Part shown: positions 30,397-38,259 of the stretch, one piece after another | Layout: every line of letters starts with the position of its first letter | Position numbering within the stretch: the first letter of the stretch is position 1 | Assembly: GCA_038883795.1 (NCBI GenBank) | Contig: JAVZLK010000001.1 | Coordinates: 216,131-280,130, forward strand | Reading direction: 5' to 3' | Origin: Candidatus Bathyarchaeia archaeon | Lineage (GTDB): Archaea; Thermoproteota; Bathyarchaeia; Bathyarchaeales; Bathycorpusculaceae | DNA length: 64,000 nucleotides | Made by a program: the position numbers and the translations under genes | The notes under the pieces: model-generated | The model's input: only the letters and a program-made list of their open reading frames with translations | Told to the model about the DNA's origin: nothing | Database searches by the model: none

Positions 30397-31644
30397 TTAA
30401 GGCCACAAACCCAACGTTTTTATTGCTTCAGCTACTCTTCCAACTCCAAGCATTAGGGCTGCTGTTCGCATGTCGCACTTTTCCTTTTTCATTAAATTGT
30501 AAACGTCGTTGAAAGCTCTAACCATCTTATTTTCCAGTTTTCGATTCACTTCTTCTAATGTCCAGTGTTCGCGTGTTAGGTTTTGAACCCATTCATAATA
30601 GCTTGCTGTTACGCCGCCCGAGTTAGCCAATATGTCTGGAACAAGCATTATTCCTTTCTCGTTAAGAATTTTGTCTGCTTCTGGGGTTGTTGGGCCGTTG
30701 GCGCCTTCCGCCACAATTTTTGCGCTTATCTTGTCCGCATTGGCTTTTGTTATCTGGTTTTCCAAGGCAGCTGGTATAAGTATGTCGCATTCTGTTTCAA
30801 GAAGCTCCTCGTTTGTTATGTTTTTGCATCCCTTATAGTTGATCACGGAGCCTGTTTTTGATTTATGTTCATAAACATAATAGGGGTTCAATCCTTCTTT
30901 GCAATAAATCCCTCCTACGGAATCGCTTACTGCCACAACTTTACAACCCATGTCATAAGCTATTTTAGCAGCATTCCACCCAACATTCCCGTAACCTTGA
31001 ACAGCAACGGTTGCTCCTTTAAACTTTAAACCTGCAACCTTTGCGGCTTCCCTTGCACAAACAACCACGCCTAAGGATGTGGCTTCGGCTCTTCCTTCTG
31101 AACCGCCTACGCTTATTGGTTTTCCAGTGACGCATTCTGGGACGCTGTAGCCTTTGAATTGGCTGTAGGTGTCCATTATCCAAGCCATGGTTTGAGCATC
31201 TGTATATACGTCTGGTGCTGGCACGTCGCGGTATGGTCCGATAACGTCTAATATTAGGCTTGTGTAGCGTCTTGTGAGGCGTTCAATCTCGCTTATACTC
31301 ATTTTTTTAGGGTTGCAGCATACTCCGCCTTTTGCACCTCCATAGGGTATGTCCACAACAGCACATTTCCAAGTCATCCACATCGCCAAAGCAGTAACTT
31401 CATCTAATGTGACGTTTGGGTGGTAGCGTATTCCGCCCTTGAATGGTCCCCTTGCATCGTTATGTTGAACGCGGCAACCAGTGAAAGTACCAATTTCTCC
31501 GTTATCCATCTTTATTGTAACGGAAACGATGAGCGACCGTTTGGGATGTTTTAACATTTCATGGATCCCAGGGTCAAGATTTAATTTTTCAGCAGCTATC
31601 CTCAACTGTTCTAATGCCGTGTCTAAGGCTGACTGTTCCTTCAT
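30397..31644 (-). CDS. gdhA: Glutamate dehydrogenase (Glu/Leu/Phe/Val family), standard length
   Basis: KGGIRYHP, MTWKCA, GGAKGG, VPAPD, QGYGNVG, EGANGP. Confidence 0.95.
   Translation of the reverse strand: MKEQSALDTALEQLRIAAEKLNLDPGIHEMLKHPKRSLIVSVTIKMDNGEIGTFTGCRVQHNDARGPFKGGIRYHPNVTLDEVTALAMWMTWKCAVVDIPYGGAKGGVCCNPKKMSISEIERLTRRYTSLILDVIGPYRDVPAPDVYTDAQTMAWIMDTYSQFKGYSVPECVTGKPISVGGSEGRAEATSLGVVVCAREAAKVAGLKFKGATVAVQGYGNVGWNAAKIAYDMGCKVVAVSDSVGGIYCKEGLNPYYVYEHKSKTGSVINYKGCKNITNEELLETECDILIPAALENQITKANADKISAKIVAEGANGPTTPEADKILNEKGIMLVPDILANSGGVTASYYEWVQNLTREHWTLEEVNRKLENKMVRAFNDVYNLMKKEKCDMRTAALMLGVGRVAEAIKTLGLWP
30673..30756 (-). repeat. 84-bp inverted repeat, copy 1 (82/84 identical to 35765..35848)
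   Basis: The reverse complement matches 35765..35848 except at two synonymous positions. Confidence 0.95.
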
Positions 31645-31748
31645 AAAAACCACTCTTCTTTTCACTTATTGTTTGAAGCGTATTTTAAACTTTTAAGTGT
31701 GAGGAGTTTGGCTTGGGGCTTGTAAAATTTAGAAAAAGAGAGAGGATG

Positions 31749-33356
31749 TTAGTCTAGGATTTTTTCGATTGCGTCTTTTTCTGCTTCGTGAGGCATTGGT
31801 ATACCAGTAACTTTTGCGGCTGTTTCGCTTAAGCTCATCAAATCATTTCTGTTGATGAGCTCCAGTTTCCATTTTCTGTTGCCTGCAAGAAGTTGTTTTA
31901 GTCCGACGCCTATGCGGTCTGTTAGGTATGTGTATAAGGCTACGGCTTCCCATGGTATCTCTTTGAAGCGTTCTCCATATTTTGCTTGCAATTCTGGAGC
32001 TGCGATGAAGAATTTTTCTGGGGTGTTGCCGTATCTGTCTGCGAAGGCTTTTGGCAGTTTGCCCTCTTGGGCTAGTTGTTTGAAGTAGCTTGCTTTCATA
32101 ACAGCTGTTAATGGTGAGCGTCCCATCAAAACTGCTTTTACAAAGGGGCCGTCTCCAAAGTTGCTCATGGCTATTGCTTTGAAAATTTGGGTTTCGTTTA
32201 TGAAGCCCCCAGCCATTATCAAATCCGGCACATATCGCCCCTTTTTCTTCAATATTTGGGCGCATCTAAGAACTATGGCTTCTAGGTAAACTGTTGGGAT
32301 GCTCATTTCATCCATCATTGGAACTGGACTCATACCAGTTCCGCCCCCTGCTCCGTCAAAGTATACTGCGTCGATTTTTGCTTCCGAAGCTATTTTTAAT
32401 GTGTATGCAACTGCTGAGGGTCTGTATGCGCCAGTTTTTAATGTGACGTGTTTTGCTCCTTGTTTGCGGAGCCATTCTATGTCTTCTATCATGTTCCTTT
32501 CTTTTGGTATGCCAACTCTGCTGTGCCTTTCGAAGGATTTGAAGACGCCTTCTTTGAAGGCTTGCTGGACTGTGGGGTCTTCTGGGTCTGGAATTACTAT
32601 GTAGCCTCTTTTCTTCAGCATTATGGCTTTCTCTAAGTCTCTAACGCGGACTTCGCCTCCAATGGCTTTTGCGCCTTGTCCCCATTTTCTTTCTATTATG
32701 TTTACTTCCAATTTTGATATGGCATACACATCAACGCCTAGTCTTTGGTCTTCAACATTTGTTTGTACGGCTATGTCACCGTATTTTCCGTCCCAGAACT
32801 TTCGGAACAAGTCTACTCTGCGTTTTAACTCTTTTGAGTATGTTACTTTGCCCTTTGTGATTTGGGCTTCTGGATCCATGCCGCAAACGTTTTCTCCTAC
32901 AACTATTATGGCTCCTGAAAGGGCTGAGCCTATTGCTAAGTCTTCCCAGTTTAGTCTTGCAACGTCTGTTGAGCCAAATGCGCCATTGATTACTGGAACT
33001 TTGAGGGGTATTCCAGCAACTTTTGTTTCTATGCTAACATTTGGAAATAGAGCGACATCCGGGTTTTCCTCGATTCCTAAAGCTTCGAATAAGCCTGCTT
33101 GAATGTTAAAGTGGGACCAATCTAATCCAAAATCTTTGAGGGCTCCTGCAGTGCTGTATCCGAATTGGACTGGTTCGGGGTATAGGGCTTCTCTTCCTCT
33201 GAAGGCTGATAAGCTTATTTCGCACATTATTGGGCAGTCGCGGATGCATATGGGGCACATTCCACTGGTTGGGCTTGTGTCTTTAACGCGGGTCATTGTC
33301 CCTGTTGTTGATTTTCCGTTTAAGTATGAACTATTTCTTTGAACACGTTCCGTCAT
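31749..33356 (-). CDS. FMN-binding glutamate synthase family protein (stand-alone, atypical)
   Basis: KWGQGAK..GGE, DGAGGGTG, AGG, GR FMN-barrel motifs; N-terminal SGMCxxCxxxCxxxC. Confidence 0.88.
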   Translation of the reverse strand: MTERVQRNSSYLNGKSTTGTMTRVKDTSPTSGMCPICIRDCPIMCEISLSAFRGREALYPEPVQFGYSTAGALKDFGLDWSHFNIQAGLFEALGIEENPDVALFPNVSIETKVAGIPLKVPVINGAFGSTDVARLNWEDLAIGSALSGAIIVVGENVCGMDPEAQITKGKVTYSKELKRRVDLFRKFWDGKYGDIAVQTNVEDQRLGVDVYAISKLEVNIIERKWGQGAKAIGGEVRVRDLEKAIMLKKRGYIVIPDPEDPTVQQAFKEGVFKSFERHSRVGIPKERNMIEDIEWLRKQGAKHVTLKTGAYRPSAVAYTLKIASEAKIDAVYFDGAGGGTGMSPVPMMDEMSIPTVYLEAIVLRCAQILKKKGRYVPDLIMAGGFINETQIFKAIAMSNFGDGPFVKAVLMGRSPLTAVMKASYFKQLAQEGKLPKAFADRYGNTPEKFFIAAPELQAKYGERFKEIPWEAVALYTYLTDRIGVGLKQLLAGNRKWKLELINRNDLMSLSETAAKVTGIPMPHEAEKDAIEKILD

Positions 33357-33444
33357 TTTCAGTTCACCTTTACATTTGCAAACTTTTAGATATGATGGGT
33401 AATTTGCGTGCGCATTTAAACGTTACTTTAAAAGAATGCTGAAT

Positions 33445-33460
33445 TGAACATTTGTGTACA
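33445..33460. promoter_or_regulatory. Candidate operator TGAACA-TTTG-TGTACA upstream of the glutamate-synthase-like gene
   Basis: Same 6-4-6 architecture as the box at 34298..34313. Confidence 0.55.
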
Positions 33461-33478
33461 AAGTCTAGAACATAGCTT

Positions 33479-34222
33479 TTAAGGGATTTCTATCTGCAAC
33501 CCATCAACTATATATTCACGCCTTTGGTAAGTTTGTGGGCTGTACCTTCCGCCAGCCTTCTTAATTTTTAAGAAGTTCTTATCATCCTGTCTGGAAAGGT
33601 CTATAACCACTTGTGTCATGTGTTCGATTATGGCGCAAAACTCCTTTGGGTGAGCGTTTTTCGCCATTGTCCAATAGGCGAGGGTCTGGTAGGCGTACAA
33701 AGCGGGGCAAACATGCCCAAAGAAGGCTTTAACAGCGTCTCTCCCCCAATTATGCTCCATAATGGAGAGGCTGTTAAAAACAAATCTTGTTCCCGGAGTT
33801 ACAAATTCTCTTTCAATTCTTCCGAAGAAGTGGTGGAAACGTTCGGGATCTTTCGAGCTTGGAACCTTTCTAATCCATGGTGGAGCCTTATCATAAAAGT
33901 CGCTGAATATAAGTTCTCCTTGTCCAGCGGCCTCTGAGAAGCAATCTAGAACCAACAGTTTCTTTTCCCATCCTTCGGGCAGCACTTTGGTTAATGGTGC
34001 AAGCTGGAGCATTAATGCTTGAGGAGGATATATAAAATCTAAATAAATGACTTGCTTTCCTTCCAGCAAGCCTTGTCGCATAAACGAGTAGAGGAATTCT
34101 CTTGCAAAGGTTCCGGATTCAACTTCCCACAGCACATTTTCTCCAAGTAACAACCCACCGCCTAAAAGTTGGTCTAGGCTTTTTGTTCCCGTCGAGTGAA
34201 ACGCTGGCTTTTCATTTTGCAA
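33479..34222 (-). CDS. KaiC/RAD55-like (RecA-fold) protein with degenerate Walker motifs
   Basis: STG...LDQLLGGGL start typical of KaiC/RAD55; Walker A reads VESGTFAR (no GK[TS]); Walker B reads FVFNSLS. Confidence 0.8.
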   Translation of the reverse strand: MQNEKPAFHSTGTKSLDQLLGGGLLLGENVLWEVESGTFAREFLYSFMRQGLLEGKQVIYLDFIYPPQALMLQLAPLTKVLPEGWEKKLLVLDCFSEAAGQGELIFSDFYDKAPPWIRKVPSSKDPERFHHFFGRIEREFVTPGTRFVFNSLSIMEHNWGRDAVKAFFGHVCPALYAYQTLAYWTMAKNAHPKEFCAIIEHMTQVVIDLSRQDDKNFLKIKKAGGRYSPQTYQRREYIVDGLQIEIP

Positions 34223-34297
34223 TAGAGCTGCACCACGTTTATGGTTCGTAGGCGGTGTTAAAAATGTTATGTTGGGTTTTGAGACGTTTTATTGGTT

Positions 34298-34313
34298 TGT
34301 ACACGAGTGTACA
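34298..34313. promoter_or_regulatory. Candidate operator TGTACAC-GA-GTGTACA in the divergent kaiC-like/gdh2 promoter region
   Basis: Perfect 7-bp inverted repeat; extra half-sites TGCACA (34317) and TGAACA (34338). Confidence 0.6.
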
Positions 34314-34378
34314 TAATGCACACAACCTTTCTATATTTGAACATAGGTCTTTTTACTCTTCGGAAGGAAGTGATAAAA

Positions 34379-36154
34379 ATGTTGAACTCTGTGGAATTAT
34401 CCGCACGAGAATTGGGAATGATGAAGCTTATGGTAGATTTTTTCGCTGAAAAACCAGAGCTAACAGCAAAAATAGAAAGTTACACCACAGCCCATTATGC
34501 CCTCTTAACAACATACTCTGAAAACTTTGGCATACCAATAGAAGACGCTCTAAAAGTCTTCGAAGAACTTCAAAGAAAACTAACGGAAGCAGAATACGTT
34601 CACGTAAAGGCACCAGAACCAATAAAGAAACTTTTGCCCCTAACCAGAGAAGAACTTAACATGCTCCGGGTCTTGGTTGATTATTTCGCTGAAAATCCGA
34701 AAATGGCTCCTGCCGGCTCATTCCTATCAAAAAAGGAAGATGCTTTGGCTGAGGCATACCTATGGTTTTATGGAAACAGCGAAGGCAACGGCGAAGTAGC
34801 AAGAGAAACGTTAAGAAATTTGGTTGAGAAGCTTCAAACAGCAGTTTACATAAAGGTCGACACATTGGCTCCCGTGGCTGTCACGCCAAACCCTTACGAA
34901 GCCGCCCTTAAACAGCTGGATTTAGCCGCCGAGAAACTAAAACTCGACCCTGGAATTCACGAAATATTAAAGCGTCCCATGCGCACACTCATCGTTAATA
35001 TTCCAGTAGTTATGGATGACGGCAGCATCCAAGTTTTCACTGGCTACCGAGTCCAATACAACGACGCCTTAGGCCCAACAAAGGGCGGAATACGTTACCA
35101 TCCAGATCTTACGCTGGATGAAGTGACAGCCCTAGCTGCTTGGATGACATGGAAAACCGCTGTAACTGGACTACCCCTCGGCGGAGGTAAGGGCGGCATC
35201 CGATGCAATCCCAAAGAGATGTCAAAGGCTGAACTTGAACGTCTGACAAGAGGATACGTACGGGCTATAGCAAAATTCATAGGGCCGTTCACTGATGTGC
35301 CAGCGCCTGACGTTTACACGACAGCGGAAATGATGGCTTGGATAATGGATGAATACAGCGAAATAGTTGGCTACCCAGTTTTCGGGGTTGTAACAGGCAA
35401 ACCCATCAACGTTGGCGGCTCGCGTGGAAGAGGCGAAGCAACCTCAAGGGGTTTAATGTACACAGTTATTGAAGCAGCTAAACATTTGGGCATAAACCTA
35501 AAAGGTGCAACCGTGGCAGTGCAAGGCTATGGAAATGTTGGCTATCACGTAGCACGATTATTACATGAAATTGGTTGCAAAATCATTGCAGTTTCAGATT
35601 CTAAAGGCGGTGCCTACAATCCAGAGGGTTTAAACCCGGAAAAAGTATTAGCCCACAAAGACAGGACAGGTTCTGTAGTTGACTACCCAGGTAGCACCTT
35701 CATAACAAATGAGCAATTGTTAGAGTTAGAATGTGACATTCTGGTTCCAGCAGCTTTGGAGAATCAGATAACAAAGGCCAATGCGGACAAGATAAGCGCA
35801 AAAATTGTGGCGGAAGGTGCCAACGGCCCAACAACCCCAGAAGCAGACGAAATCCTATTCAAAAAAGGAGTCTTCGTTATTCCAGACATTCTCGCTAATT
35901 CTGGAGGCGTTATTGTCAGCTACTTTGAGCAAGTACAGAACCAGATGAACTATTATTGGACAGAAGAGGAAGTGCGAAACAAACTGAAAGAAACAATAAC
36001 GAAGGCTTTCCACGACGTTCTAAACATGGCAAAACAGCATAACGTGAACATGCGCACTGCAGCCTACATGCTCGCTGTTAAAAGAGTGGCAGATGCTTTA
36101 TTGGCACGTAAAGGAACCGCCTTCTCTTTAGAATCTCCATTAGCGCCTCGTTAA
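34379..36154 (+). CDS. Glutamate dehydrogenase with a ~170-aa tandem-repeat N-terminal extension
   Basis: GDH core from NPYEAALKQL with KGGIRY, MTWK, GGGKGG, VPAPD and GYGNVG intact; ATG 34379 follows an SD-like GGAAGTGA. Confidence 0.92.
   Translation: MLNSVELSARELGMMKLMVDFFAEKPELTAKIESYTTAHYALLTTYSENFGIPIEDALKVFEELQRKLTEAEYVHVKAPEPIKKLLPLTREELNMLRVLVDYFAENPKMAPAGSFLSKKEDALAEAYLWFYGNSEGNGEVARETLRNLVEKLQTAVYIKVDTLAPVAVTPNPYEAALKQLDLAAEKLKLDPGIHEILKRPMRTLIVNIPVVMDDGSIQVFTGYRVQYNDALGPTKGGIRYHPDLTLDEVTALAAWMTWKTAVTGLPLGGGKGGIRCNPKEMSKAELERLTRGYVRAIAKFIGPFTDVPAPDVYTTAEMMAWIMDEYSEIVGYPVFGVVTGKPINVGGSRGRGEATSRGLMYTVIEAAKHLGINLKGATVAVQGYGNVGYHVARLLHEIGCKIIAVSDSKGGAYNPEGLNPEKVLAHKDRTGSVVDYPGSTFITNEQLLELECDILVPAALENQITKANADKISAKIVAEGANGPTTPEADEILFKKGVFVIPDILANSGGVIVSYFEQVQNQMNYYWTEEEVRNKLKETITKAFHDVLNMAKQHNVNMRTAAYMLAVKRVADALLARKGTAFSLESPLAPR
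35765..35848 (+). repeat. 84-bp inverted repeat, copy 2
   Basis: cagataacaaaggccaatgcggac...ccagaagcagac matches the reverse complement of 30673..30756. Confidence 0.95.
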
Positions 36155-36246
36155 TTTCCCCCTTTTTCTATTTTATGTGTACATTTTTTGATTTTTATGA
36201 ACATATTTAAAAGCAACCGTTAAAAAGAATAAACACGGGAAATGGG

Positions 36247-38199
36247 ATGTCAGTTCATCTTCATACAACCATAACAAGAAAAACAAATGAAATCCTTGAA
36301 GAGTTAGCAAAAACCTACGGTACAAAAAGTCGTGTTCTCGAAAAAGCTGTAGAAACCTTGCTAAGAGTAGATAAGGTTGGTTCTTGTGATGACTGCGTTA
36401 TAAAAGCGAAGGTTCACGAGCAAACCAAGTTAAGAGAAGCCCTTGACCTCACATCGATTGGAAGGAGAAGCCTTGATGGACTTTTGGAAGTTGCCATCGG
36501 CAATAAAACAGTTGAAGATTTGGTTAGGGAACAAAAAGAAGAGGCAAAAAACGTTATTGAAATTCTTAAAAGCTCAGTTGCATGGAAAACTCCTTCAAAC
36601 TTTAAAGAATTCCTCTTAGTTTTAGAGGAGATTAAGGGGCTCACAAACCTTTTTGATATTCCCTCCTACAGCGAAATTGACAACATGGCAGTTTTAAGAC
36701 CTAAAGTCTTTAAACGCTTACCAGTTTTAGTTGCTTTTCAAATCGCCACAATCCTTGAAGGTATTGGAGTTTGCTTCGACCTTCGCGTAATGGGTGAAGA
36801 TATTGCCATTAAAATGATTCGCCCCGAAGTCTATCCTCTAAAAAGGAAAGAATTTGGCGATTTTCTAAATCAACAGATTGAAAAAGAATTAATGAACGTA
36901 ACTCCGGGTTTGTTCAAAAACACTTTGATGCTTGTGGGACCAGCCTTTATGAGTTGGGCAGAAAAGCATCTGGAAGAACCTATCACGGATTTGGGGAACT
37001 TTATAGAAGATGCGAGAACCGTTCTTGGCGTTAGCGAGTTTCCAAGAGAACCAAAAGATTTCGTGAAAGCCATTCTTTCAGCCTTTGTCAAAATGAACTG
37101 GTTCAAGCAAGCAAAAATTTTGGCTGAAAAGAAAGAAAACACCTTGGAACTGGTCTTTCAAGTTACCGCAGCTCCACTAGCCAAATTGTCCGTAACCGTT
37201 CTTTCTGTTATGTTAGCAACTCGCGGATGGAAACTTCTGAACTATTCCATTGAACACACAACCGTAAACATGGCAATCCAATTTGTAGGCGCAGAGGACC
37301 AAAGCCTCCTCGACCAACTAGCTGAATTAAGCCTCTTCCAAATAATAGGAAAACAATTTTTAGATGTAGTTCCAGTTCCTCGAGACCTCTTCAACTCCTT
37401 TGCATCAAGAGTCTATGAAAGCGATAGGCAAAAATTTGAGGAAATATACCGCGCAACCGGAGTCCGCATTTCAAATGCTATCCGTATGCTTGCAAGGAAT
37501 GATGCGGAGAAAATTAACAGACTCTCTAAAAACTTTATTCTCAAGAATATTGGTGTGACCCAGCCAGATGCGGAGGTAAGGTTTGTTGATGATGAGCACT
37601 TCACTATCATATTCAAGCGTATTGACCCCCTCGTAATGAATAGTCAGCGGGTCTTGATAGAATCCATGTTTAGGGAGTTAGGCTACGAAATTACAACCAC
37701 AACTTTTCAAAACCTTCTTAGTTTTAAGTTGAAACTTTTGGAAAAACCCATTTTGGAACCACTGCCGCGGAAAAAGTTGATGCAAACCCTTATTGAAGGC
37801 ATGTCCTGCAACTCTGTGGAAGAAGCTTTCGCCATTGAAAAAGAACAATTGGACGAATTATTCCCCGAAGATTATCCATGGACAATAAGGGATGTTGGCG
37901 AAAGGCTCATGAGCATGTATAGGGAACTGGGCATAGAGGTTGAAATAGAATATTTTGAAGGTGGCTTCACCCTCAAATATAAGAGTTGCCCATATTACAA
38001 GCTAGTTAAGACCAACCAGAAGACATGGCTCTGCAGTCTCCGCAAAAAAACACTAGAATACGTCATTTCTAGGGTCAGCCACGGCAAGAAAGGAAAAATC
38101 AAAATCATAAAATCGCTTCTTCAGAATGAACACCCATGCGAATACGCCATATTTCTAACGGGCTTTCTTGAAAAGGAGGAAGAAAAAGCCAGCGAGTAA
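36247..38199 (+). CDS. Hypothetical regulator: N-terminal ribbon-helix-helix, CxxC, and V4R/MetOD1-like C-terminal sensor domain(s)
   Basis: VHLHTTI strand plus two helices (TNEILEELAK, KSRVLEKAVETL); SCDDC; C-terminal FTLKYKSCPY...WLC...HPCEYAI. Confidence 0.6.
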   Translation: MSVHLHTTITRKTNEILEELAKTYGTKSRVLEKAVETLLRVDKVGSCDDCVIKAKVHEQTKLREALDLTSIGRRSLDGLLEVAIGNKTVEDLVREQKEEAKNVIEILKSSVAWKTPSNFKEFLLVLEEIKGLTNLFDIPSYSEIDNMAVLRPKVFKRLPVLVAFQIATILEGIGVCFDLRVMGEDIAIKMIRPEVYPLKRKEFGDFLNQQIEKELMNVTPGLFKNTLMLVGPAFMSWAEKHLEEPITDLGNFIEDARTVLGVSEFPREPKDFVKAILSAFVKMNWFKQAKILAEKKENTLELVFQVTAAPLAKLSVTVLSVMLATRGWKLLNYSIEHTTVNMAIQFVGAEDQSLLDQLAELSLFQIIGKQFLDVVPVPRDLFNSFASRVYESDRQKFEEIYRATGVRISNAIRMLARNDAEKINRLSKNFILKNIGVTQPDAEVRFVDDEHFTIIFKRIDPLVMNSQRVLIESMFRELGYEITTTTFQNLLSFKLKLLEKPILEPLPRKKLMQTLIEGMSCNSVEEAFAIEKEQLDELFPEDYPWTIRDVGERLMSMYRELGIEVEIEYFEGGFTLKYKSCPYYKLVKTNQKTWLCSLRKKTLEYVISRVSHGKKGKIKIIKSLLQNEHPCEYAIFLTGFLEKEEEKASE

Positions 38200-38259
38200 A
38201 GTTAAATGAAGTCTTAGTAAGTATTAATTACTGATACTATAATATGGAAGCTGTGAGGG

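Noticed and set aside
34292-34378. Longer 620-aa start for gdh2 given in the ORF track
   Set aside because: The upstream TTG runs through the operator/promoter region; ATG 34379 has an SD-like site and begins repeat 1
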